DNA from: a virus
Lineage: Duplodnaviria; Caudoviricetes
Direction: 5' to 3' (one strand)
Virus record (IMG/VR): IMGVR_UViG_3300049595_005065
DNA: 64,000 nucleotides
The notes beneath the pieces were generated by a model. It was not told the DNA's origin. It did no database searches and saw only the letters and a list, made by a program, of their open reading frames with translations. Positions 48,235-57,353 of this stretch are shown here, piece after piece. The stretch's first letter is position 1. Each line of letters opens with the position of its first letter. Position numbers and translations under genes: made by a program.

Positions 48235-51200
48235 ATGGGCTGCAGACAAGTCAACTGCGACGAATACCCGGACCAGCCGTGTTTCGACACCGAGCAGCAG
48301 TGCCGGTGCAACTGCCCGGGTAGCGGTGTCGACCCGGAAAGCCCAGAGTGCCAGAGCTCTACCTCTAGCGGTTCCAGTGACTCCAGCGGCTCCAGCGATC
48401 CTTGCGGCGATCCGCCAAAAAAGTGCGTCGGCGGCACGCTTGACCGAACAGCCACGACTTGCGTGTGCGTTTGCCCCGATGGTTCAACCGACCCGGCGGG
48501 CGGTAATTGCCCATGCGATAATCCAAATCATAAGCGCAACGCGAACGGGGAATGCGTCTGTGACCCAAACCCACCTTGTCTGGGCGGTTCTGTAAATCAA
48601 CTCGACTGCTCGTGTCAATGCCCTGACGGCGGAGAAGTAGCAAATGGTGCGTGTCCGTGCCCAGAAGATCTTTATGGCCCTGGTCACGTACGCGACGCAG
48701 ACGGCGAATGCGTTTGCGAACCACCACTTGTCTGCCTGCCGCCGTATAAACAGGCGACAGAAATAGGCGTTGACGGAGACGGCAACCCGATTAGCAAGTC
48801 CTTGTGCCGCTGCGATTGCAACACCAACGCTGTTACATGTGTGGGCGGCACCGTCGATCCCGCTCTTTGCGAATGTCGCTGTCCGTTTGGCACTACCCTT
48901 AAACCAACACAAAACGTCAACGGCCTTGGCGGCGAGTGCGTGCCGTGGACTTTCAATTGTGTTAACGGCGGTTGTTACGCCGTGGCAGAAGGAGGCGCGT
49001 ATCCCGACCTTGGTGCCTGCGGCGCCGCCTGCGGTGGCGGTGGCGGTGGAGGCGGCGGTGGAGGCGACCCACCTCCGCCGCCGTGCGTGAACTGCTGCGA
49101 CCCGATACCACTTCCGCCGCAGCCTGAGCCGCTGACCTGCCCAGACGGCACGGTATACGGCGCCATTGTTTACGAGACGTTTGACAAAGACGACTGCTCC
49201 TGGATCCCGACAACGCAGGAGTGGGGCACTTGCAATGGCAGCAGCAGTTCTACGTCGTCGTGCGATTGCAGCGCCGCCAATCCCGGACCGACCGAGTATG
49301 GAACAGCCTGCGGGCGCGCGGTTCCAATCAAACAGGGTGGCAGCACCGGCTGCTTTGGCGCTTACGCAAATTTGACGTGGTGTGATACTTGCGGCAACAA
49401 CGGTGTGCCGCAACTGAAGCGCGCTGATTGGTTCTATTTCAACAAAAACACCTGCGAGTTTGAACCGTCTCCAGGAAACGGCAACGGCGAGTTGCCCTGC
49501 CCCGGCGAGTCGTCATCCTCTTCGAGTAGCGGTGTTTCTTTATCGTCCACGAGCAGCGTCCAGTCCTCGTCCTCTGAGAGCAGCTACTCCAAGAGCAGCG
49601 AATCGTCCGACAGCAGCGCCTCTTCGTTGAGCAGCGCGTCTGACAACAGCGGCTCCTCGTTGAGCAGCACGTCTGACAACAGCGCCTCTTCATTGAGCAG
49701 CGCGTCCGACAACGGCGGCTCCTCACTGAGCAGCGCGTCTAACAGCAGCAGCTCCTCACTGAGTAGTACCGTATCTTCCAGCAGCGCCGTATCCTCCAGC
49801 AGTTCTTCCAGCAGCTCCTCCTGCGCGCTTGCCGAGCCGGTGGCCGTGTCGTTCGCCGGTTCAAGCGTTGGCGGCGTGCCGCTCAACTCGTTGATCGCTG
49901 GCAGCAAATATCGCGTCCTGGTGGCGACCACAAACGCCACGGCCATCGCCCAGGCTCAGGGCGAGTGGCAGCTGTATTCCAGCGCGGTGCCTGGCACCCC
50001 GATCAAGTCAGGCGATTTCACGCCCGGGCAGAATTCATTCACGTTTGAAGTGACGGCCGAGGAGATGCTCGCCACGCTGGGGTTGACGTTTGCGACGGCT
50101 TCGCCGGGGTCGTACTATTTTCCGCTCTGCGCCCGCTTGAACATTTGCGGCGCGGAGTACACAACCAAATGTCCTGAAGGGCAAAGCGTCACGGTCGTTG
50201 TTGGCAGTAACGTTGTTGCACCTAGCAGCTCTAGCAGCTCCAGCAGCGCAAGTGGCGCGTCGAGCAGCTCGGGCAGCAGTGTCGTCGCGATCAACTACGA
50301 GGCGGCGCAGCAGCAGTGGCTGGAGTACGGCACGGTGATCACGGGCGTGGTTAAACTCAGCACCGGGGAACTGTCTGCCGTTAACACCTATAACCGCAAC
50401 GCGTCTTTTTGCTCAGGCGCCGGGGCTCCCACGGTGTGCCGTTTGTGGGATGAAAACCTCAGCACCTCATTCACGCTCATGGCTTCGCTGCAGGCAGGAT
50501 ACGGATACTTTATCGAGCTGCGTCCCAACGCATCCGCGGGCGCGCCGGTTCGGGGCGTTCGCTGGTCCCCGGTGGGCCTCAGCAGTTTCTACAACGTGAA
50601 ACTGGAGTACCAATACCGTGCTTACGGAACCACCGGGCCGTGGCAAACCGCTTCCACAACGTTGACCGATAGCGGCGCGACCTACTACACCTACGCGTTT
50701 CCAGCCAACGTGGAAATTCTCAGCGTCCGTTTCATTGCCAGCGAATCGTACAGCGGCGGCGCGGTCCAGATCGGACTGCGCGAAATGGACCTGCAGTTCT
50801 TTATTTCAGGCGGTTCCAGTTCGTCCAGCAGCGCGACGCTGCCAACGATCGACTGGACCGCGGCCAAGCAGACGTGGCTGGGTTCCGGTCTCGTGCTTGC
50901 AGGCACGTGCCAGGTGAAGCACAACGGCACGTTTGTTACGGAAGAGGCCAGCACCAACTTTACAGGCCCAGTTTACAACTACCAGAACTGGCGCCGTTCG
51001 CTTTGCCCCGTCGCGGGCCCAACCTACTGTGTTTTGTTTGACGGAAATGAAAACACTGGCTGGTCGATGAACGCAAGCATGTTGAACACGGCAACTGAAT
51101 TGCAAGGTTACGGCGTCGAGGTGCGCCCCGCGGACGACAACGGCGAGCTTGGCGTGCCAGCGCTCGGTTTGGCATATCGCTTCGATGATCTGCCTGCGGG

Positions 51201-51483
51201 CGGAGAGAATGTGTCCAACCCGCCGCGCATTTATGTTTCGTATCAGTACCGCGCATACGGCAGCAATAACAGCTGGCAGTCGCAGTTTTTTGCGGTAGCC
51301 AGCCGCTCTACAAACGAAAGGTACAGGTACATCTACTTCCAACCCAACTCCGAGGTGCGCAAGATTCGAATCATGCAGATGTCCCCCGTTAAAAACATGA
51401 GCAACGTGGCGATCACCTATCACACCCAGCTGTTTTATCTGAACTCGCTTGACCTGTATTTCTTCTGGAATGAAATACCGTGA
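48235..51483 (+). CDS. large Cys-rich/Ser-rich adhesin-like protein with two duplicated C-terminal domains
   Basis: CxCxC-type repeats, Gly10-Pro5 hinge, poly-Ser tracts, and two ~190-aa copies sharing YQYRAYG and L[WF]DxN motifs. Confidence 0.75.
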   Translation: MGCRQVNCDEYPDQPCFDTEQQCRCNCPGSGVDPESPECQSSTSSGSSDSSGSSDPCGDPPKKCVGGTLDRTATTCVCVCPDGSTDPAGGNCPCDNPNHKRNANGECVCDPNPPCLGGSVNQLDCSCQCPDGGEVANGACPCPEDLYGPGHVRDADGECVCEPPLVCLPPYKQATEIGVDGDGNPISKSLCRCDCNTNAVTCVGGTVDPALCECRCPFGTTLKPTQNVNGLGGECVPWTFNCVNGGCYAVAEGGAYPDLGACGAACGGGGGGGGGGGDPPPPPCVNCCDPIPLPPQPEPLTCPDGTVYGAIVYETFDKDDCSWIPTTQEWGTCNGSSSSTSSCDCSAANPGPTEYGTACGRAVPIKQGGSTGCFGAYANLTWCDTCGNNGVPQLKRADWFYFNKNTCEFEPSPGNGNGELPCPGESSSSSSSGVSLSSTSSVQSSSSESSYSKSSESSDSSASSLSSASDNSGSSLSSTSDNSASSLSSASDNGGSSLSSASNSSSSSLSSTVSSSSAVSSSSSSSSSSCALAEPVAVSFAGSSVGGVPLNSLIAGSKYRVLVATTNATAIAQAQGEWQLYSSAVPGTPIKSGDFTPGQNSFTFEVTAEEMLATLGLTFATASPGSYYFPLCARLNICGAEYTTKCPEGQSVTVVVGSNVVAPSSSSSSSSASGASSSSGSSVVAINYEAAQQQWLEYGTVITGVVKLSTGELSAVNTYNRNASFCSGAGAPTVCRLWDENLSTSFTLMASLQAGYGYFIELRPNASAGAPVRGVRWSPVGLSSFYNVKLEYQYRAYGTTGPWQTASTTLTDSGATYYTYAFPANVEILSVRFIASESYSGGAVQIGLREMDLQFFISGGSSSSSSATLPTIDWTAAKQTWLGSGLVLAGTCQVKHNGTFVTEEASTNFTGPVYNYQNWRRSLCPVAGPTYCVLFDGNENTGWSMNASMLNTATELQGYGVEVRPADDNGELGVPALGLAYRFDDLPAGGENVSNPPRIYVSYQYRAYGSNNSWQSQFFAVASRSTNERYRYIYFQPNSEVRKIRIMQMSPVKNMSNVAITYHTQLFYLNSLDLYFFWNEIP
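49609..49770 (+). repeat. 33-bp (11-aa, SSLSSASDNSG-like) tandem repeat, 4-5 copies
   Basis: TTGAGCAGC(G/A)CGTC(T/C)GACAAC recurs at 33-bp intervals. Confidence 0.8.
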
Positions 51484-51512
51484 TTGACGCTACAGGCGCG
51501 CTGCGCTACGGT
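51484..51512 (+). promoter_or_regulatory. sigma70-like promoter TTGACG-17-TACGGT
   Basis: Canonical 17-nt spacing upstream of the GAGGAGG SD and ATG 51543; the same TACGGTAT occurs at 20789 with TTGCGC 17 nt upstream. Confidence 0.5.
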
Positions 51513-51542
51513 ATAGCCGTCGCGGTTTGAAGAGGAGGCACC

Positions 51543-52073
51543 ATGAACTGCGCGTTTGAACCGGCTGACTGCCCGCAGCTGTTGAAGACCTACAAATGCT
51601 ACCGCTGCCAGCACTGCGGCAAGACCGTGTCGCTCGCGGCCGACGCGCAGGTCGACGTGTCGGTGCTGTTCAGCAAGTTTGAGTGTCCCACGCTCAAGGC
51701 GCAGGCCGCCCCAGTCCCGGAGCCCGCGCCCAACACGAGCCACGTCATGCTGGAAGCCCCGGCGCCGTACGTCTGGGACCCGTCCGGTCCCGGCACCCAG
51801 CTGAAGAAGCTGCTGTCAAAGGTGGGCATCAAGGCAACGGAAAACTGCAGCTGCAACGCCCGCGCCAAGCTCATGAACGCGCACGGCGTCGAGTGGTGCG
51901 AACAGCACGTCGACGAGATCGTCGGGTGGCTCAAGGAAGAAGCTGGAAAGCGGAAGCTGCCGTTCCTGGCCTGGCCCACGAAAATCCTCGTCCAGCGCGC
52001 CATCAAGATTGCCAAACGGAATCGCGATCGCAGCGCCCCTGAAGCCGAGGCGGCGGACGACGCGGCGGATTAG
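51543..52073 (+). CDS. Cys-rich hypothetical protein
   Basis: CYRCQHC and CSCNARAKLMN..G.EWC; strong SD. Confidence 0.7.
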   Translation: MNCAFEPADCPQLLKTYKCYRCQHCGKTVSLAADAQVDVSVLFSKFECPTLKAQAAPVPEPAPNTSHVMLEAPAPYVWDPSGPGTQLKKLLSKVGIKATENCSCNARAKLMNAHGVEWCEQHVDEIVGWLKEEAGKRKLPFLAWPTKILVQRAIKIAKRNRDRSAPEAEAADDAAD

Positions 52074-52081
52074 GGGGCACC

Positions 52082-53992
52082 GTGGCGCAGCCCCGACGGT
52101 TCGTGCTCAGCCACAAGCGTGCGCCCGGCGACACGATCGTCATGACGGCGCTCGTTCGGGACCTGGCGCTGGCCTACCCCGGCCAGTTCGAGATCGCCGT
52201 GGACACCAACGCCGCGGCCTTCTGGGAGAACAACCCCTACATCGTCCCCATGCGGGACATGAAGGCGCACTCGGGCGTGCGCAACGTCCGGCTCACCTAC
52301 GGCCAGGGGCTGCGGGACCAGCGCCAGGAGACTGTTCATTTCCTTGCCTATTTTCACAGGGACTTCAAAGCCCAAACCGGCATCCAGGTCCCGCTGACTC
52401 TTCCATACCCGGACATCCATCTGAGCCCCGAGGAACGCGCCCAGAGCCCCGTGGAGGGCCGCTACTGGGTGTTTCTCTCCGGGGGCAAGTCGGACTTCAC
52501 CACCAAGGTCTGGGGCGCCCAGGCGTGGCGCCAGACGGTCCAGGCGCTGACCGGCCTGGGGATCCCCCTGGTCCAGATCGGGGCGGCCAGCCAGGGGCAC
52601 TGGCACCCCGAGATCCCCGGCGCGCTGAACCTGGTCGGACGCACCGACCTGCGCGACTGGGTGCGGCTGGTTTACCACGCCGACGGGGTGATCTGCGGTG
52701 TTACCGGCGCCATGCACCTGGCGGCTGCCCTGCAGCGCCCCTGCGTCGTTCTGGCGGGCGGCAGGGAAGCCTGGTGGTGGGAGGCCTATGTCCGGGAGAA
52801 CGCCGGTCTGGGAGGCCTCCAGACGGCGCAGCAGCTCGCCATGCCCCACCGATTCCTCCACACGATCGGCCAGCTGGACTGCTGCCTGGCGCACGGCTGC
52901 TGGAAGAACAAGGTCCTGCCCATGAACAGCGACCCGTCCATCTGCAAATACCCGGTCGTCCAGCCGGGCCAGGCGGTGGCAAAATGCCTGGACATGATCA
53001 CCCCGGAACACGTCGTCGAGGCCGTCATGAGCTATTACGAGGACCGCAGCCTACCGCCCCTGAAGCCCCTGGATGAGGTTGTACGCTACCGTTCACCGGC
53101 CGTGAACGATCCCGTTCATCCGGCCGTGTATCCGAAACTCGCCGCCGATGCCCGCCTGGCCGTAGAAGCGCCGCCCGCGCAGGCCGCTAGCCGCCCGGGG
53201 ACGGCCGAGGACAAAGATATCTTTGACCACCCGATCATCGGCGGGAAGTTCACGGTCTTCGTCCTGTTCTACGGCCCCAAGGAGTTTCACCCGCTCCACA
53301 TGCGGTGCCTGAACTCGATCATCTCGACCTGCCCGCCCAACCGGATCGACCTGCGCGTCGGCTCGAACGAGCTGTGCGAGGAGACCTGCGCCGTGCTGGA
53401 CCGCCTGGCCGAGCACGGGATCATCACCAACCACTACTGTCACCCAGAGAACGCCCTGAAGTACCCCGTGATGCGCGAGATGTTCCACGACCCGGAGCTG
53501 CCGATCACCACGAACTACCTGCTCTGGTTCGACGACGACTCGATCGCCGACCGGAACCCGCAGTGGCTCACGCTGCTCACCCAGGCGATCCTGGCCAATC
53601 CGGAGGCCGGGCTGTTCGGCGCCGACATGACGATCCGGCTGGCGGGCGCGCAGCAGCAGCTGTTTCGCGCGCGGCCCTGGTATCGGGGCAAGCCGTTCCG
53701 TCTGAAGAACAAGACCCCCGCGCCCAACGGCGACCACGCGGTGTTCGTGGCGGGCGGCTTCTGGTGCATGAAGACCGAGGCGATGCGCGCCGCCGATGTA
53801 CCGGACCCGGAGATCACGCACAACGGCGGGGACTACACGATCGGCGAGCAGCTCTATCAGGCCGGGTATGACGTTGTCGGTTGGAACCGCCAGAAGCAGT
53901 ACATTTACACGTCGAGCGTGCCGCGGCGGGGAGCGTCGCAGCCGCACTTCGGAACGACCAACTGGCAAACCCAGATACGAGGCCAACGATGA
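52082..53992 (+). CDS. two-domain glycosyltransferase: GT9 (heptosyltransferase-like) N-terminus plus GT-A/GT2-like C-terminus
   Basis: PGDTIVMTALVRDL, LVGRTDLRD..RLVYHADGVICGVTGAMHLAAALQRPCVVL (GT9 motifs); YLLWFDDDS (DxD motif). Confidence 0.8.
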   Translation: MAQPRRFVLSHKRAPGDTIVMTALVRDLALAYPGQFEIAVDTNAAAFWENNPYIVPMRDMKAHSGVRNVRLTYGQGLRDQRQETVHFLAYFHRDFKAQTGIQVPLTLPYPDIHLSPEERAQSPVEGRYWVFLSGGKSDFTTKVWGAQAWRQTVQALTGLGIPLVQIGAASQGHWHPEIPGALNLVGRTDLRDWVRLVYHADGVICGVTGAMHLAAALQRPCVVLAGGREAWWWEAYVRENAGLGGLQTAQQLAMPHRFLHTIGQLDCCLAHGCWKNKVLPMNSDPSICKYPVVQPGQAVAKCLDMITPEHVVEAVMSYYEDRSLPPLKPLDEVVRYRSPAVNDPVHPAVYPKLAADARLAVEAPPAQAASRPGTAEDKDIFDHPIIGGKFTVFVLFYGPKEFHPLHMRCLNSIISTCPPNRIDLRVGSNELCEETCAVLDRLAEHGIITNHYCHPENALKYPVMREMFHDPELPITTNYLLWFDDDSIADRNPQWLTLLTQAILANPEAGLFGADMTIRLAGAQQQLFRARPWYRGKPFRLKNKTPAPNGDHAVFVAGGFWCMKTEAMRAADVPDPEITHNGGDYTIGEQLYQAGYDVVGWNRQKQYIYTSSVPRRGASQPHFGTTNWQTQIRGQR

Positions 53993-54345
53993 GCTGGATC
54001 ACGCTGAGCCGCGATGACTTCTTCAAAATCGTCGCGGCGCCGGATTTCATTGAGCACAATCCGGCCTTTGCGCCGGTGCAGGAAAACCTGGCGCAGTGCA
54101 AGGCGGCCTACGACGAAAGCGCCAAGAAAAAAAGCTGCAGCTGCGGCGGATCTCCGCAGCTGATCTTCGGCTGCCTTGACGCCACCGTTGAGTTGCTGGA
54201 GCGCTTTCGGGAAGAGAACCCCGCGGCCGTTGCGGCGCTGCTGGCGTACGTGCAGCAGAAACGGAACGACCCGAGAATTAACGGGTTTACGTTATACTAT
54301 CGCAAGACGGCGCAGGAACCGTTGCGTAAGGTCAAGATCCCATGA
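53989..54345 (+). CDS. small hypothetical protein with a CSC motif
   Basis: ATGA overlap with the GT gene; 118 aa. Confidence 0.65.
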   Translation: MSWITLSRDDFFKIVAAPDFIEHNPAFAPVQENLAQCKAAYDESAKKKSCSCGGSPQLIFGCLDATVELLERFREENPAAVAALLAYVQQKRNDPRINGFTLYYRKTAQEPLRKVKIP

Positions 54346-54647
54346 GCCAACCAGATCCGGCGCAGTCCAAGCTGTATTTCGGCAACCGGCATCAGGCCCT
54401 GGCCGACGGCGAGGCGGCGATCGCCATCAAGGTGCGGCTGCGGGATTTCAAGGGTCGCCCGGTGCCCGGTCGCCTGGTCGAGCTGGCCGCCGATCGCGCA
54501 GGCGTCGAGATCGAGCAGCCGCAGCCGACCGACAACACGGGCCTGGCGCTGGGCTACGTCCGCGCGACAACGCCTGGGCCAGTCAACATCAGCGGCACCG
54601 TGCTGCCAGAGGACGAAGCAGGAAGCTCGTCCATGGCGTTTATTTAA
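54342..54647 (+). CDS. stand-alone bacterial Ig-like domain (Big_1, invasin/intimin type)
   Basis: ALADG...IKVRLRDFKGRPVPGRLVEL...TDNTGLA...TTPGPVNISGTV. Confidence 0.7.
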   Translation: MSQPDPAQSKLYFGNRHQALADGEAAIAIKVRLRDFKGRPVPGRLVELAADRAGVEIEQPQPTDNTGLALGYVRATTPGPVNISGTVLPEDEAGSSSMAFI

Positions 54648-54678
54648 CGCGCTTGTGTGAAATGCCAGGGAGGGCAGT

Positions 54679-55218
54679 ATGAGTTGCGACCAGTCTTCGT
54701 CCTACGGCGGCGCGATCGATCTGAACGAGACGATCGGGATCAACTTCTACGCCCCCGATCCGCCGGTCACGCCGCCCAACGGCAGCGGACGGCGCATCCA
54801 GCTCACCTGGAGCGTGAGCCGTTACTACTTCCACGGCACTGACGGCGTGCGGGTGCGCATCGAGGCGGCCGAGGCCGCGCTGATGCCCGACAAGGTCTTC
54901 GCGTATTTGCTGCTCCCCATGAAGCCCGCGGCCGGTGAGCGGGAGGGCGCGTTCAGCCACATCTGTTCGCCCACCGACCTGGCCGAGTATCCCGAGGACG
55001 ATCCGCTTCCAGGCGTCCGCCCGGAGTTCTTCCGGCTCAACTACGTCGACGTGCAGCTCCGCTCGCGCTCCGAGGCCAAGGCGTTCATCCAGGATGTCTG
55101 CGACGACGTGCAGCGCCTCAAGAACACACTCGACCTCATGGACACGCTGCAGACCGGCGGCTCGCTTTGGATCGGCGGCGCACCTGCCCCCGACGTTTCC
55201 TCCTCGGAGAGCCTGTGA
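54679..55218 (+). CDS. hypothetical protein
   Basis: 179 aa, GGAGGG SD. Confidence 0.7.
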   Translation: MSCDQSSSYGGAIDLNETIGINFYAPDPPVTPPNGSGRRIQLTWSVSRYYFHGTDGVRVRIEAAEAALMPDKVFAYLLLPMKPAAGEREGAFSHICSPTDLAEYPEDDPLPGVRPEFFRLNYVDVQLRSRSEAKAFIQDVCDDVQRLKNTLDLMDTLQTGGSLWIGGAPAPDVSSSESL

Positions 55219-55520
55219 TGACGGAGCTCGCAATCATCGAAGATAGCACGATCCTGACCATGATCCGCAACCCGCAGTTCACCGAGACGGTGCCGTGCCT
55301 CTACAACAAGGCCGGGCTGTTCCAGTCGACCGGCGCCGGGTGCGGCAGCTGCGCGCGCAAGCGCCAGGCGAAGCAGCGCGCGGAGCTGGCGCGGATCAAG
55401 ACGTGCCTCGCGAGCATGAGCTCCGAAAAGAAGATCGCGCTCAAGCAGCTGCTCAACGCGAAGAAGGTGCGAGTCAGCTACGTGAACGCGTCCGGCAACG
55501 TGGTGCAGCACACGTTCTAA
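55218..55520 (+). CDS. small basic hypothetical protein with a CGSC motif
   Basis: TGATG-coupled; 100 aa. Confidence 0.65.
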   Translation: MTELAIIEDSTILTMIRNPQFTETVPCLYNKAGLFQSTGAGCGSCARKRQAKQRAELARIKTCLASMSSEKKIALKQLLNAKKVRVSYVNASGNVVQHTF

Positions 55521-55610
55521 GCCGCAGCTAAATTTTGACACAAATCACGGCATATAAGGTGTACCACCAATATTGGTTTTGGCGGTACTTCCTTCATGGA
55601 GGTTTTTGCC

Positions 55611-55982
55611 GTGACCACTGTCACCTGGACTGAGCTGGAAACGATCGAAGGGATTATCAACGGGGCCATCATGCCCGAAGCCCTGCCGTTTGCGGCACTC
55701 TCAATCGACGAGCAGGCGGCCGTGATTTCTCAGATCGACGACGCCTGCGACGACATCGCCGCCGCGGTCGTCGAGGCCTATCCGGATCTCGACGATCCGG
55801 CGCAGCGGAATGAACGCCTCCGCCGCTACAAGGCCGAGGTCGTCCGGCGCCAGGACCCAGCGGTCCGGGCCATGTACGCGGAGTACTTCGACACCATCAT
55901 GGGTGTCTGTCTCCGGAACGCTTCTGGGCCGCGCGCTTTTGTCTCTGACGAGAGCGGCTGCCTGGATCCTGTCGCGGCCTGA
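55611..55982 (+). CDS. hypothetical protein
   Basis: GGAGG 55598-55602 then GTG 55611; AT-rich promoter-like gap upstream (TTGACA 55535). Confidence 0.6.
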   Translation: MTTVTWTELETIEGIINGAIMPEALPFAALSIDEQAAVISQIDDACDDIAAAVVEAYPDLDDPAQRNERLRRYKAEVVRRQDPAVRAMYAEYFDTIMGVCLRNASGPRAFVSDESGCLDPVAA

Positions 55983-56126
55983 GCTGCGACAAAACTCCTC
56001 ACCACCCGTTCGTGGCGCGGCTGCGTAGCCGGGCACGAGCATATCTTTCTCTGATATGTTCGTGCTCCGGTTACGCAGCCCCCACGCTAGTTACCTTGTC
56101 GCTTTTTCCTTTGCTATCAGCGATTC

Positions 56127-56636
56127 ATGAAGAAACACACGCTTCCCAAAGGGCCGCCTGTCAAACGCCTGCCCTTCAAGATGAAAGCGCCGAACGACAA
56201 TCTCGAGGCGTACGGTTGGTCGCTGCAGTGGCTGCGCTACCCGGCGGCCGACGACCCGCAAATCGCCGGTCGCCCGGTGTTTCATCTGGCCACGGATCTC
56301 AGAACGATCAAGAAATACGGCGTCGACCTGTCGTTCATCGACCCGAAGTACATCCAGTACATGCTCGACCAGCGCCCCGAGATCAAGAAGGGCGTAGAAA
56401 AAGTCAGGGCCGCGGGTTACACGCCCGAGGCCCTGGAGAAGTTTCGCGATACGGTCGTCAAGACGTTCGAGAACCACGTCCTGATCGACATCTGCCAGCA
56501 GTTCTTCAAGGTTGCTCCGCTCGTCGCCGAGTTCTACGCCGCCAAGCTTGCCTACGAGGGCGTGCATGGCGCGGAAAAGGACGAGGAGGAAGACGAGCCT
56601 CAAAGAGAGGCCAAGACCACGAAGTCCCGGCGGTAG
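56127..56636 (+). CDS. hypothetical protein
   Basis: 169 aa with typical codon bias. Confidence 0.65.
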   Translation: MKKHTLPKGPPVKRLPFKMKAPNDNLEAYGWSLQWLRYPAADDPQIAGRPVFHLATDLRTIKKYGVDLSFIDPKYIQYMLDQRPEIKKGVEKVRAAGYTPEALEKFRDTVVKTFENHVLIDICQQFFKVAPLVAEFYAAKLAYEGVHGAEKDEEEDEPQREAKTTKSRR

Positions 56637-56878
56637 CCAACAACCGGGCCGCGCTTGCCCAGAAGCAGCTCGTCGTCGGTCTTGCCGTCGGCGTCGACAG
56701 GGTACGGACCGCTGGCGTTTGAGACACCCGGGCGATTCAGCCCAGCCTCGGCGGCCTTCTGCAGTACCATGTTTGCGGTGCTTGCGGCGAGCAGCGGCTC
56801 GATGCTTTTGCTCGTCACCACGTAGTCGGCCCGACCGTTCGTGACCTTCGACAACTCATCCAGAATGGAAACACTCAT
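56600..56878 (-). CDS. 92-aa hypothetical protein on the minus strand
   Basis: On the minus strand GGAGGTTTCC precedes the ATG (CAT 56876-56878); C/G-ending codons. Confidence 0.6.
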   Translation of the reverse strand: MSVSILDELSKVTNGRADYVVTSKSIEPLLAASTANMVLQKAAEAGLNRPGVSNASGPYPVDADGKTDDELLLGKRGPVVGYRRDFVVLASL

Positions 56879-57353
56879 GGAAACCTCCGAGAACCAGGAA
56901 CTAACCGTAACGCTGGCCAGTCTAGCGCCGATTCTGAAGCTCGACAAGTTGCAACTGCGCTCGGCGGCCCGCGTTTACAACTACGCCGACGAAAGCGCCG
57001 CCCTGCCCAGATTCGTCACCCTGCGGTTGCTTCTGACCGACCTCTTGGAGCGGCTGGCATTTTTGAAACCCAGCCAGCGCCAGGCGATTCTGGAACGATA
57101 CGATCAGGACATCGACGACAACCAAGACCAGTGGGAGACCCTGGCTTTCGCAGACGGCAACTGGGTCACCTGGACCGGCCATTACGGCTGGCTGGACTTA
57201 ACAACCGGCGACGTCGTGACCGCTCTCCCCGACGCTCCGGTGGAGACCATTGGGTACAATCTGGTGACACTGCATCACCGGGCGATCGCCCAGCTCAGGA
57301 AAAGGATTTCCGATGGCCAAGAACATTCTGCAGGAAGCGTGGACCAGCCGTGA
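56877..57353 (+). CDS. hypothetical protein
   Basis: Start at ATG 56877 or 56865; overlaps the next gene. Confidence 0.6.
   Translation: METSENQELTVTLASLAPILKLDKLQLRSAARVYNYADESAALPRFVTLRLLLTDLLERLAFLKPSQRQAILERYDQDIDDNQDQWETLAFADGNWVTWTGHYGWLDLTTGDVVTALPDAPVETIGYNLVTLHHRAIAQLRKRISDGQEHSAGSVDQP

Noticed and set aside
48229-48237. In-frame TGA between the two Cys-rich ORFs as a possible Sec/Cys read-through or nonsense mutation
   Set aside because: The same stop-NNN-ATG in-frame junction occurs at 39141/39145 (TAA), 41657/41661 (TAA) and 43232/43236 (TGA), so it looks like ordinary translational coupling. No SECIS-like stem was noticed, though read-through is not formally excluded.
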